A DNA stretch of 24,826 nt. Origin: an uncultured Deinococcales bacterium (GTDB taxonomy: Bacteria > Deinococcota > Deinococci > Deinococcales > JAAFIG01). This document shows positions 1-9,844 of the stretch, in pieces. The stretch lies in contig CAXTKV010000058.1 of assembly GCA_964244895.1 (NCBI GenBank), forward strand, positions 1-24,826. The letters are read 5' to 3'. Position 1 is the first letter of the stretch; every line of letters begins with the position of its first letter. A program made the translations under genes and the position numbers. Under the pieces are notes generated by a model. The model did not search any database. It was not told the origin of the DNA and saw only the letters and a list, made by a program, of their open reading frames with translations.

Positions 1-1481
1 CGCAGTTCGGCGCGGGCGGCGGCGTAACTCATGGCGGGCTTGTACGGGCGCGCGAACAAAAGCGTATCGAACACGTCGCAGACGGAAAAAATCCTCGCCT
101 CGAGCGGAATCGCCTCGCCGATGAGACCGTCCGGGTAGCCGCTGCCATCCCAGCGTTCGTGATGGTGCAGGATCACGTTTCGGGACGCGACGGGTAAGAA
201 ATTCAGGTTGAGCGCCAGGTCGTGCCCGAAGACCACGTGAGATTGCGCGAGCTTCATCTCGTCGTTGCTGAGCGGGCCGGACTTGAGCAGGATCGCGTCT
301 GGAACGCTGAGCTTGCCGACATCGTGCAGGTACGCGCCCCAACGCACGGCGCGGGCTTCGGTCTCGTTCAGGCCGACCAGGTGGGCGAGTTGCTCGCTCA
401 GCGCGGACACGCGGTCGGTGTGACCCGCCGCCTCGCGGTCGCGCACCTCGAGCGCCACACCGATGGCGCGCAGCGCGCCTTCGTAAGCGTCCTCGAGCAC
501 CTGGACGCGTTCCACGCGGGAAACCACTGCGCCCAGGATTCGGGCTGCGCCTTCCAGCAAACTGCGCTCGGACGGCGTCCAGCCGTCCCGGCGTTCCAGG
601 CGCGTCAGCACCAGCGTCATGGGTTGCTCGTCTTGTTCGAGCAGGATCGTGTAGGACGCGTGAACGCCCAGTTCGCGCTGCACCTGAGCGAGCGGGTGAT
701 CGCCGGTGGCGAGCAATTCCACACCGCGATCGATCGGAAAATTCAGGCTACGGATCGACTCGAGCGTCACGCCTCGCGCCATCGTTTCTTGCAGCGCGGG
801 CGTCGGCTTGCCCGCCAGGGCGTAGACCTTGAACACGTCGGATTCGAGTCGCGTGATGACAGCCACCTCCGCCCCAGCCAGTTCGCGCACGCGTTCCAGC
901 ACGGTCGGAATGGCTTTGGCGTCCGAGCGTTCCAGCATCCGGCTCAAGTCCAGCAGGGTCTGGCTTTCGCGCGCCTGAACCCACAGGCGTTCCGCGACCT
1001 TGATGCGCTCGAGCGCGATGGCGGCGGTATCGGCGATCACGGCGATCATGCGCGATTCAAACGAATCGTAGGTTTCCGGGTGGTTTCTCGCCGAGATCAG
1101 CACGCCGATCGGTTCGCCTAAAGAGCTGATGATCGGCGCGGTCAGTTGGGCGTGCGATGGCCCGTCGCCGGGCGCAGGATCGAAACTGCGTTCGTCGCTG
1201 GTCGCATCCACGCTGTAAATCACGTCGCGCGATTCGAGCGCCGCCCACGAAAGACCCTGGCCGCGCGGCACGGGAAAGGCCGCGATCGCCTCGAACAGCC
1301 CGTGTGCAGCCATGATTCGCAGGGCGTCACCGTTCAGCAACAGCACCGAAGCGTGCTGCGAGCGCATCAGACGCGCCGTCTCGAGCACCAGGCGTTCCGC
1401 GATGTCCTCGCTCGAGGAGGCTTCCCGCAGGGCGCGCGTGACGGATTCGATGACTTCAAACTCGCGGATTCGTTTCTGCAT
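1..1481 (-). CDS. GAF-domain HD-GYP cyclic-dinucleotide phosphodiesterase (3' end runs off the window)
   Basis: Not in the ORF track; translated by hand. ATG at 1481 gives MQKRIREFEVIESVTRALREASSSEDIAERLVLETARLM (GAF-like). The same frame near 1-440 gives EAAGHTDRV, WGAYLHDVGKLSVPDAILLKSGPL and LHHHERWDGSGYPDGLIGEAIPLEARIFSVCDVFD..RPYK, i.e. HD and GYP motifs. Confidence 0.9.
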   Translation of the reverse strand, partial: MQKRIREFEVIESVTRALREASSSEDIAERLVLETARLMRSQHASVLLLNGDALRIMAAHGLFEAIAAFPVPRGQGLSWAALESRDVIYSVDATSDERSFDPAPGDGPSHAQLTAPIISSLGEPIGVLISARNHPETYDSFESRMIAVIADTAAIALERIKVAERLWVQARESQTLLDLSRMLERSDAKAIPTVLERVRELAGAEVAVITRLESDVFKVYALAGKPTPALQETMARGVTLESIRSLNFPIDRGVELLATGDHPLAQVQRELGVHASYTILLEQDEQPMTLVLTRLERRDGWTPSERSLLEGAARILGAVVSRVERVQVLEDAYEGALRAIGVALEVRDREAAGHTDRVSALSEQLAHLVGLNETEARAVRWGAYLHDVGKLSVPDAILLKSGPLSNDEMKLAQSHVVFGHDLALNLNFLPVASRNVILHHHERWDGSGYPDGLIGEAIPLEARIFSVCDVFDTLLFARPYKPAMSYAAARAEL

Positions 1482-1705
1482 CAAGTGTCCAGTTCAGGCG
1501 GGGAATGATGAATTGATCGAGGCTCGGTACAGTTCGTCCGGGTCGAGCTTCTCCCGGTTCGCAGCGCAACTCTCTCTGAATTTGCAGCGTCAACTCGAGC
1601 CCCGTTGTGAAAACTTTATGACGGGGTTCCAGGCTCGGCTGGTCGCGTTTCACACCGACCATACGCTCGCTGCGCGGGCTTCCGGCTCGGGCTGATTGAC
1701 TCGAA

Positions 1706-1761
1706 AAGACCGTCCTGCACGGTGTTTCTAGTATTTCAAAAACGGCCTGCAGGACGGTCTT
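1706..1761. repeat. REP-like palindromic repeat, paired inverted copies
   Basis: AAGACCGTCCTGCA (1706-1719) and its reverse complement TGCAGGACGGTCTT (1748-1761). Confidence 0.8.
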
Positions 1762-1833
1762 GAGCGTCCAGCGTCCCACCCCGTGACGCGCCGCCTGTTC
1801 CCAACCGCCCGCCTGCGCTACACTGGCGTGCTT

Positions 1834-3249
1834 ATGCTGGCGCTTCCGACCGACACCCTGGACGTTCATCCCGCGCTGATTTCTCGCGTGGAACCCGGCT
1901 CACCCGCCGACAAGGCGGGCGTGCGCGCCGGGGACGCGCTCCTGCGCGCCAACGGATTACCCGTCACAGACATCCTGGCCTACCGCCGCGAACTCGAGCA
2001 GGGTGCGGCCAGCCTGGAAGTGCAAGCTCAGGATTCCGGCGAGTTGATCCAGTTCGAGGTTAAATGGGACGATCCGGGCCTGGAATTCAGCGAAGTGCTG
2101 TTTGACGGCATCAAACTCTGCGCCAACAAATGCGAGTTCTGTTACGTCCACCAGATGCCCAGAGGCTTCCGCAAAAGCCTCTACGTGATGGACGACGATT
2201 ACCGACTGTCCTTCCTGTACGGTTCCTTCGTGACGCTGACCAACCTGACGGACGCAGATTTCGACCGGATTCTGTCTGAAAACCTTTCACCGCTCTACGT
2301 CAGTGTTCACGCCACCAACCAGGACTTGCGGGCCGACATGATGAAATGGTGGCGCCTGAAAGTCAAAGACGAGGAAGCCACCCGGATTCAGGACGCGCTG
2401 GCGCGGCTCGAGCCGATAGACCTGTACACCCAGATCGTGCTTTTACCGGGGCGCAACGACGGCGACGCCTTCGAAGAATCGCTCGAGTACCTGTCATCCC
2501 TGCCCAACGTCATCGGGGTCGCCTGCGTGCCCGTCGGGTTGACGGCGCACCGCAAGAACCTGCCCGACCTGCGCCCGTACACGCCCGCCGAAGCCCGCGA
2601 CGTGCTGAACCGCGCACACAAATGGCAGAAGAAAATGCTCGCGGAACGCGGTACGCGCTTCGTGTTCCCGTCCGACGAGTTTTACATCCTGGCCGGTTAC
2701 GCCCTGCCCGAAGAAGACGCCTACGAGGGCTACCCGATGCTGGAAAACGGAGTCGGCATGGTGCGCGATTTCCTGTCCGAACCCCTGCCGGAACTGCCCA
2801 AACGCATCCCCACCACCCGCGTAATCTTGGGCACGGGCACGCTCTTCGCGCCCGTTCTGGAACGCGCCATCGAACCCTTACGCAGTATCGAAGGGCTCGA
2901 GATTACCGTCCGAGCCGTCGAGAACCGCACCTTCGGGACGCCCACGACCGTCGCGGGCCTGCTGACCGGACGCTGCTTCCTGCAGGCGGTTCAGCCCGCC
3001 GAAGCCGACCTGCTGTTCGTCTCGCCCAGCACGCTGCGCTACGGGACGGAAACCATGCTGGACGAGATCACGCTCTCAGAACTTCGCGCCACCTTGAAGA
3101 TGGACGTGCGGGCGGGTGGCAAGACCCTGGCTGAACTCGCGCACGCGATCCTCGAAAGCATCAACCTTTCCGGTGGTCCGGTACGAGATGCCGCCTCCAG
3201 CCCTCAATTCGGCATGAGCGCCCACGCGCTCAAAGAGCAGCAGGGTTAG
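1834..3249 (+). CDS. PDZ + radical-SAM-like DUF512 family Fe-S protein
   Basis: N-terminal PDZ-like segment VEPGSPADKAGVRAGD; CANKCEFC (CxxxCxxC); DDDYRLSFLYGSFVTLTN; ENGVG. Start placed at ATG 1834, after TACACT at 1819-1824; the ORF could begin at 1783. Confidence 0.88.
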   Translation: MLALPTDTLDVHPALISRVEPGSPADKAGVRAGDALLRANGLPVTDILAYRRELEQGAASLEVQAQDSGELIQFEVKWDDPGLEFSEVLFDGIKLCANKCEFCYVHQMPRGFRKSLYVMDDDYRLSFLYGSFVTLTNLTDADFDRILSENLSPLYVSVHATNQDLRADMMKWWRLKVKDEEATRIQDALARLEPIDLYTQIVLLPGRNDGDAFEESLEYLSSLPNVIGVACVPVGLTAHRKNLPDLRPYTPAEARDVLNRAHKWQKKMLAERGTRFVFPSDEFYILAGYALPEEDAYEGYPMLENGVGMVRDFLSEPLPELPKRIPTTRVILGTGTLFAPVLERAIEPLRSIEGLEITVRAVENRTFGTPTTVAGLLTGRCFLQAVQPAEADLLFVSPSTLRYGTETMLDEITLSELRATLKMDVRAGGKTLAELAHAILESINLSGGPVRDAASSPQFGMSAHALKEQQG

Positions 3250-3512
3250 AATATGCCGTCCGTGACAGTATTTTTATGCCTCGAGAAGATTTTTAGGATG
3301 GTTTTCTCGAGATCAATCCTCGAGCGTAGACGCCCTGCAGAAGTGGAGCTGAGTGACACACTCGCGATTTGACGAACCCTGGTTGTTCCACTGGCCAGAA
3401 TGCCAGTGATGGTGGCTTGGAAACCCTTATAGAGCCGCGCATCCTTGAAAAGATCACGGTAGTCGGACGTGAAGGATTCCAACGAAGCGAAAGGTTCAGA
3501 GAATGTCGTCAC
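3246..3512 (-). pseudogene. Truncated N-terminal fragment of a putative IS transposase
   Basis: The first ~52 aa (FTSDYRDLFKDARLYKGFQATITGILASGTTRVRQIA) resemble N-termini of DDE (IS4/IS701-like) transposases. The frame then runs into a degenerate REP-like sequence with no catalytic domain. CATACT lies 6 nt before the GTG. Family assignment is from recall only. Confidence 0.5.
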
Positions 3513-3556
3513 AGACTGAGTATGCAGACTTTCGTCCGCGTCTCAAACGAATACGC

Positions 3557-3585
3557 TTGACGAATAGCGCATACGGTGCTACTAT
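3557..3585 (+). promoter_or_regulatory. sigma70-type promoter TTGACG-N17-TACTAT
   Basis: TTGACG 3557-3562 and TACTAT 3580-3585 with a 17-nt spacer; imperfect palindrome TAGCGC-ATACG-GTGCTA overlaps the spacer and -10. Confidence 0.6.
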
Positions 3586-3595
3586 ATATGAATCA

Positions 3596-3624
3596 ACCCG
3601 GCGGAGACGCCGAGTTTTTTATTT
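3596..3624 (+). terminator. Rho-independent terminator-like hairpin
   Basis: CGGCG-GAGA-CGCCG stem with a GNRA loop, followed by AGTTTTTTATTT. Confidence 0.55.
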
Positions 3625-3867
3625 GGTTTCGAACCAATTTCGCGCGCAACACTTCCAACCTTGAATCGCAGCGCCTGGGTTCCAGACAGATTCTGCGTGC
3701 GCGAGTTCATTCTTTACCCAGTCGCGACGCTATCATTGTGTAAGCTCAGTAAAGCTCAGTCTTGGAACCACGGGCAGCCAAAACGGAACTCGAGCTTCAC
3801 GCCATTCAAAGTTGTGCTGAAAAATCAGCGACCGGAGGTTCGGCGCGCTATGCTAAATGAGACACCT

Positions 3868-4563
3868 ATGGAGTATCCAAGCCTGATCTGGCATCTGAAA
3901 CGCACTTCACTCTTTGAGGATCTCGACCTCAAAGAGCTCGAGCAGGTCGCCAAAACAACGCCGTACAGGCATTACGAAGCGGGCGAGATCATCTACCAGA
4001 TGGAAGATCCCGCCGATGCGATCTATTTCGTCAAGACGGGTCTGGTCAAGATCAGCAAGCTCTTTCCAAACGGCAAGGAAGCGATCCTGGCTGTGTTGGG
4101 AAACTACGAGGTTTTCGGCGAGTTGCTGTTGATGCCCGAGGAAAAACGTCCGACGCAAGCCGAAGCCATCGAGAAAACCACGCTGATCGTGTTGCCGCGC
4201 GTGGAACTCGAGAACTTGCTCAGGGCGCGTCAGCCTCTGGCGTTGAAGTTCATTCAGTTGATGGCTTCACGCCTGTTCGAGGCGCAATCCTGGACGGCGG
4301 AAGTCAGCGCCTTCAGCGCACCGGGCAGGCTGGCCAGCTTGTTGTTCCGCTTCGCTCTGGAATTCGGTGAACCCGTCCCGGAGGGCACGCGCATCAACCT
4401 GAAAATCACCCAAGAAGACCTGTCCCGCATGATCGGTGCGACCCGAGAGACCGTCTCGCACTGCTTGGCGCGCCTTAAGGACGAGGGCGCCATCGTGCGA
4501 GGGCGCGCACCGTTCATCGTTTCCAGAAAAAAGCTCGAGCAGTTCCTGGCCGAATCAGATTAG
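3868..4563 (+). CDS. Crp/Fnr family transcriptional regulator
   Basis: cNMP-binding domain (YFVKTGLVKISK..GKEAIL..FGELLL..RPTQAEA) and HTH (ITQEDLSRMIGATRETVSHCLARLKDEGAI). Start placed at MEYPSLIWHLKRT. Confidence 0.93.
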   Translation: MEYPSLIWHLKRTSLFEDLDLKELEQVAKTTPYRHYEAGEIIYQMEDPADAIYFVKTGLVKISKLFPNGKEAILAVLGNYEVFGELLLMPEEKRPTQAEAIEKTTLIVLPRVELENLLRARQPLALKFIQLMASRLFEAQSWTAEVSAFSAPGRLASLLFRFALEFGEPVPEGTRINLKITQEDLSRMIGATRETVSHCLARLKDEGAIVRGRAPFIVSRKKLEQFLAESD

Positions 4564-4566
4564 GCC

Positions 4567-4839
4567 GTGCAGACGGTCGTGTACCTCGAGTGGACGCTCG
4601 AGCAAGCTGATGACCTGATCGCGGCTGCTGTGTTTCGTGTGGCGCGTTCTCTCGAGTCTCGGGCCGGTTTCGTGTCGGCGCGCGCGCTGCGCAATACGGA
4701 GGATCGCCGGGTTCATTTGCTGGAAACGACCTGGGATGGTGAACCTCCAGCGCTCGAGTTGGATGCGCTCGGACTAGAGGTGCAAAAAGCCCGATCCTGG
4801 GCGTTCGCGGTGCTCGAGAAACCCGCGACCTCTGCTTGA
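4567..4839 (+). CDS. Small ABM-like (dimeric alpha/beta barrel) protein
   Basis: Starts 3 nt after the crp stop; pattern LESRAGFVSARALRNTEDRRVHLLETTW is typical of antibiotic-biosynthesis-monooxygenase-like folds. Confidence 0.65.
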   Translation: MQTVVYLEWTLEQADDLIAAAVFRVARSLESRAGFVSARALRNTEDRRVHLLETTWDGEPPALELDALGLEVQKARSWAFAVLEKPATSA

Positions 4840-4863
4840 GACTCGAATTTGAACATTCCGGGC

Positions 4864-4907
4864 ACACCGTCCGGCACGCAGGCCTTAAACAGCGTGCCGG
4901 ACGGTGT
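4864..4907. repeat. REP-like palindromic repeat, 16-bp arms
   Basis: ACACCGTCCGGCACGC ... GCGTGCCGGACGGTGT. Confidence 0.85.
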
Positions 4908-5002
4908 TTCTGAGTAGATAACCCGCTCCCTTGCCGTTCTCACCGCTCGGGGTTATCCTCGCGTCGCGCAATTTCTGAAGGACACCAGGAAAGGACAATC
5001 GC

Positions 5003-5320
5003 ATGCAACCCACCGAGAACCCCAACCCGCAACTGAAAGTGCTGCGCCAGAGCACGATCATGGCGATGGCCGAAGACATGAACGGCAACCAGGCAGTCGC
5101 CGTCGCGCTTTTGCCTCGTTTCGGCCTGGAAATCACGATTGACCAGGGCAACCAGCAATTTCAGGTCAACGTCGCGGAACTCAACACCGGGCACGACATT
5201 CGCTTATCTCGCGATGTCGCCCACGGCATCAGCGAAGCCATGCGGCAGTTGGTCGAGAAAATCGACGAGCATTTGAAAACGCAGGGACTCGAGACTTCCA
5301 GGCCCGAAGCCAACGCCTGA
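5003..5320 (+). CDS. Hypothetical protein, 105 aa
   Basis: AGGAAAGGA RBS, ATG start, host-like codon use, followed by a hairpin and T-run. Confidence 0.7.
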   Translation: MQPTENPNPQLKVLRQSTIMAMAEDMNGNQAVAVALLPRFGLEITIDQGNQQFQVNVAELNTGHDIRLSRDVAHGISEAMRQLVEKIDEHLKTQGLETSRPEANA

Positions 5321-5354
5321 ACGTTTCAGTCTCGAGACGTGACGCGCTTGCTCG

Positions 5355-5388
5355 AGAACACCGTACTTGACGGTGTTCTTTTCTTTTT
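5355..5388 (+). terminator. REP-type hairpin acting as probable terminator
   Basis: AGAACACCGT-ACTTG-ACGGTGTTCT followed by TTTCTTTTT, between convergent genes. Confidence 0.65.
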
Positions 5389-5462
5389 CACGCCGAAAGT
5401 ACCGTCTAGCACGTGAATCATGACTCGCTGCTGGACTGGACGGTACCCTCCCCTATTCAAAG

Positions 5463-5496
5463 CGAATCGCTCGAGATTGAAGTCTCGAGCGATTCG
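5463..5496. terminator. 14-bp hairpin downstream of pyk
   Basis: CGAATCGCTCGAGA-N6-TCTCGAGCGATTCG, 14 nt after the pyk stop. Confidence 0.55.
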
Positions 5497-5510
5497 TAGG
5501 TGAACTTTAT

Positions 5511-6929
5511 TCAGTTGACGCGTTCGACGCGGATCAGGTTGGTCGTGCCGTGCATGCCGAACGGCACGCCAGCCACCATCACGATGCGCTCGCCAGTTCC
5601 GGCGATGCCGGTATCTTTCATGGTGCGGTTGGCGATGCGAATCATGTCGTCGCTGTCGGCTGGGTCTTCGGCCAGGTGCGCTTCGACGCCCCAGCAGAGC
5701 GCGAGCTGGTTGCGGACGCGCTCTGACGGCGTCAGCGCGGCGATCACGCTGAATGGACGGTTTCTTGAAACCCTGGAAACGGTCGATCCGGTCGCAGTGA
5801 AACAGACGATGGCGGCGATCTCGAGCGTGTCGGCGACCTCGCAGGCGGCCAGCGCCACGGCGTCCTGGGTGGTGCGTTCGGGCAGGTGCTGACCGCCGAT
5901 CAAACGCGTGTATTCGGGGCTGGCTTCGACATTCAACGCGATTTTATTCATCATGGCCACCGATTCCGTCGGGTACATGCCGCTGGCGCTTTCGGCTGAA
6001 AGCATCACGGCGTCCGTGCCGTCCATGATCGCGTTGGCCACGTCGGTCGCTTCGGCGCGGGTCGGGCGCGGGTGCTCTCGCATCGATTCGAGCATCTGGG
6101 TGGCGGTGATGACGGGCTTTCCGGCCTGGTTGCAGGCGTGAATCAATCGCTTCTGGATCATCGGCACCTGTTCGGTCGGCATTTCGACGCCCAGGTCGCC
6201 GCGGGCCACCATGATGCCGTCGGCCTCCTGCAGGATGTCGTCGAAGCGTTCGACGGCGGAAGGCTTTTCAATTTTGGCCATCAGTTTGGCCCTCGAGCCG
6301 TAGCGCGTCATGTAATGCCGGGCGAGCAGCAGGTCGTCGCGGGTGCGCACGAAGCTGATCGCGACCCAGTCCACGCCGAGTTCCGTGCCGACCTGCATGT
6401 CCTCGAGATCCTTCTCGGTGATCGCGGGCACGGACAGGTCGGCGTTGGGGATGTTGATGCCCTTGTTGTTCGAGAGCGGCCCGCCGATCACGACGGTCGT
6501 ATGGATTTCCGGGCCGACGACCTTGTCGACCCGGAGTTCCAGGTTGCCGTCGTCCAGCAAAAGCTCGAGGCCGGGTCGAACGTCCTCGGGCAGGCCCTTG
6601 TAGGTGGTCGAGACGCGGTTGATGTCGCCGTCGACTTCCTCTGAGGTGATGATGAATTTCGCGCCGGGCACGAGTTGAATTGGGCCGTCCTTGAATTTGC
6701 CGGTGCGGATCTTCGGGCCTTGAAGGTCTTGCAGCAAGCCGACCGCCACGCCTTTGCGCGCTGCGATCTCGCGCACGGTGTTGACGCGCAGTTCGTGATC
6801 GGCGCGTTCGCCGTGCGAGAAATTGAGGCGGAAGACGTTCGCTCCCGCGTCGATCAGCTTCTCGATCATTTCCGGCGTGTTCGAGGCTGGGCCGAGCGTG
6901 GCGACGATTTTGGTACGGCGGCGTTGCAT
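5511..6929 (-). CDS. pyk: Pyruvate kinase
   Basis: RRTKIVATLGPAS, FRLNFSHG, DLQGPKIR, AKIEK, MVARGDLGVE, TATQMLESM, PTRAEATDVANA; GGAGG RBS. Confidence 0.98.
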   Translation of the reverse strand: MQRRRTKIVATLGPASNTPEMIEKLIDAGANVFRLNFSHGERADHELRVNTVREIAARKGVAVGLLQDLQGPKIRTGKFKDGPIQLVPGAKFIITSEEVDGDINRVSTTYKGLPEDVRPGLELLLDDGNLELRVDKVVGPEIHTTVVIGGPLSNNKGINIPNADLSVPAITEKDLEDMQVGTELGVDWVAISFVRTRDDLLLARHYMTRYGSRAKLMAKIEKPSAVERFDDILQEADGIMVARGDLGVEMPTEQVPMIQKRLIHACNQAGKPVITATQMLESMREHPRPTRAEATDVANAIMDGTDAVMLSAESASGMYPTESVAMMNKIALNVEASPEYTRLIGGQHLPERTTQDAVALAACEVADTLEIAAIVCFTATGSTVSRVSRNRPFSVIAALTPSERVRNQLALCWGVEAHLAEDPADSDDMIRIANRTMKDTGIAGTGERIVMVAGVPFGMHGTTNLIRVERVN

Positions 6930-7036
6930 TCAGTGACCTCCAAGGATTGTGTTCGTTCTCGATAACACCGTCTGTGACGAGGTTTCTCGAGTGTCGTGCT
7001 GGACGGTGCTGCTCGAGTTTAACGCGTGCGTGGGCC

Positions 7037-7130
7037 AAAGTGGAAAGGTGAAAGGGAAAAGTAAAAGGCGACAAAGGTTCTAGATCTGTGCGGCTCCGAA
7101 TTTACCTTTCACCTTTGACCTTTTCACCTC
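7037..7130. repeat. Imperfect inverted repeat built from AAAGGT(N) heptamers
   Basis: Left arm GAAAGGTGAAAGGGAAAAGTAAAAGG; right arm TTACCTTTCACCTTTGACCTTTTCACC. Confidence 0.6.
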
Positions 7131-7155
7131 ATTGCCCCTCGAGATCCAGGCGCTC

Positions 7156-8439
<1,284 letters not shown>

Positions 8440-8522
8440 TCACAAATCGACCCACTATACCGTTCAGGCCGCGCGCCCGACCGAACGCGCGTTTCCGCCG
8501 ATGCTCGAGCGCAATTCCCCCG

Positions 8523-8583
8523 AGAACACCGTCCTGGACGCATTTCTTTTGAGGCTAGAAACTCGCGTGCCAGACGGTGTTCT
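8523..8583. repeat. REP-like palindromic repeat, paired inverted copies
   Basis: AGAACACCGTCCTGGACGC ... GCGTGCCAGACGGTGTTCT. Confidence 0.85.
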
Positions 8584-8753
8584 ACATTTGAAACCCTCGT
8601 CTGATCGTCAGGCCGGGACTTCCGATGCGGGCGAAAGTGGCGACTCCGGCTAAAATGGAAGCGCCGAGAAGACCGTCCTGAAAACGATAAATTGCGTTTT
8701 CACTCGAGAATTTATGTCCCTGACCGTCTCTGTATGTTTCAAAGACGCGTTTT

Positions 8754-9722
8754 TTAGGCTCGACAGGCGGGGTTTTTCAAAAACGTTCTCAGGCCTTCGA
8801 CGATTCCGCGCGCCACCGCAGCCCGAAACGATTCCTGCGCCAGCGCCGCGCCGTCGGTTCGGTTGGTGTGAAATCCGACCTCGAGGATCAAGCTCGGCAT
8901 GAGCGCGTAGCCGTTCTCACCGTAGCGGTCGCTCGAGATGGTTTCCGCGTCCGGCCATCTCAGGTCGGGAAGGGCTCGGCGGATCGCGGTCGGAATGTCG
9001 TCCGAGAACGCTCGAGCCATGCACGCAGACCACTCGGCAGTCTCTTTTGGGGCGATCAGGTACGGGCGCGAGCCGGAAATCACCTGGGTTCCTCGCGCCC
9101 AAGGCGAACCGGCGTTGCTGTGCAAACTGATCATCACGTCTGCGCCCCTCAAATTTGCGAAGTACGCTCTGGCTCGCAAGTCCCTGCCAGCGCGACAATC
9201 GCCGTGGAGATCTTCGCCCCTCGAGTTCCAGACGCCCCGATCCACCTTTTTGCGCTCGAGGTGATGAACGGCGGCCTCGCGCCAGGCCGGGTTGCCGCTC
9301 GCGCCGGGCACGTTCTCATCGAGTTCTCGGGTGGCTTCGACCACCGCGCCCGCCGAAACCAGGGCATCCCGAACGCCGCGCGCCATCCGCAGGTTTGAAT
9401 CGTCCTCGAGCGCAAAAACGCTGTAGCCATTCGCCCGAGGTCGCTGAAAACCCCACTCGCCCTCGTCGGTCAGGGTCAGGCCGTGACCCGGATTGAGCAT
9501 CACGCGCAAGCCGTCCAGCGAAACGGGTAAGGCCCGAGGGGCGGCGAACGTCGGGGTTGGATCGCCCTCGCAGACGACTGGAAGGCTTCTCGAGACTGGA
9601 CGCTGCCAGATCAGCCAGCCGAGCAGCAGCGCCCCCAGAATCAACCAGCCGGGTTTGATGCGCCTCGAGCCGGTGTTCACGCTCGCATTCTGGCGCATTT
9701 GGGTGAGGTCGGGCTCACCCAC
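8754..9722 (-). CDS. N-acetylmuramoyl-L-alanine amidase (Amidase_3) with N-terminal membrane anchor
   Basis: VMLNPGHG, E..SN, ISLHSNA and LILEVGFHTN zinc-amidase motifs; hydrophobic WLILGALLLGWLIW segment. The start may instead be ATG 9698. Confidence 0.85.
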   Translation of the reverse strand: MGEPDLTQMRQNASVNTGSRRIKPGWLILGALLLGWLIWQRPVSRSLPVVCEGDPTPTFAAPRALPVSLDGLRVMLNPGHGLTLTDEGEWGFQRPRANGYSVFALEDDSNLRMARGVRDALVSAGAVVEATRELDENVPGASGNPAWREAAVHHLERKKVDRGVWNSRGEDLHGDCRAGRDLRARAYFANLRGADVMISLHSNAGSPWARGTQVISGSRPYLIAPKETAEWSACMARAFSDDIPTAIRRALPDLRWPDAETISSDRYGENGYALMPSLILEVGFHTNRTDGAALAQESFRAAVARGIVEGLRTFLKNPACRA

Positions 9723-9759
9723 AGACCGGGCTTTTCCTGATCGGCCCTCAAAGGCCCTG

Positions 9760-9816
9760 AAAACCGCCTCGAGCGTCTCCCCTGTCCAAGGTTAGGGGGT
9801 TCTAGGCTCGAGGCGG
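9760..9816 (-). terminator. Probable dnaN terminator hairpin
   Basis: CCGCCTCGAGC (9764-9774) pairs with GCTCGAGGCGG (9806-9816), followed by TTTT on the minus strand. Confidence 0.45.
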
Positions 9817-9844
9817 CTGATGGCGGTTCCTGTGACCCGTGGAG

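Noticed and set aside
222..1121. 299-aa plus-strand ORF
   Set aside because: Antisense shadow of the HD-GYP gene, which carries clear motifs on the minus strand
3661..3867. 69-aa N-terminal extension of the Crp/Fnr ORF
   Set aside because: Low-GC, promoter-like sequence; the recognisable domain starts at ATG 3868
8712..8728. Possible RDRM TTATGTCCCTGACCGTC
   Set aside because: The right half does not fit RCRKAA and there is no repair gene downstream
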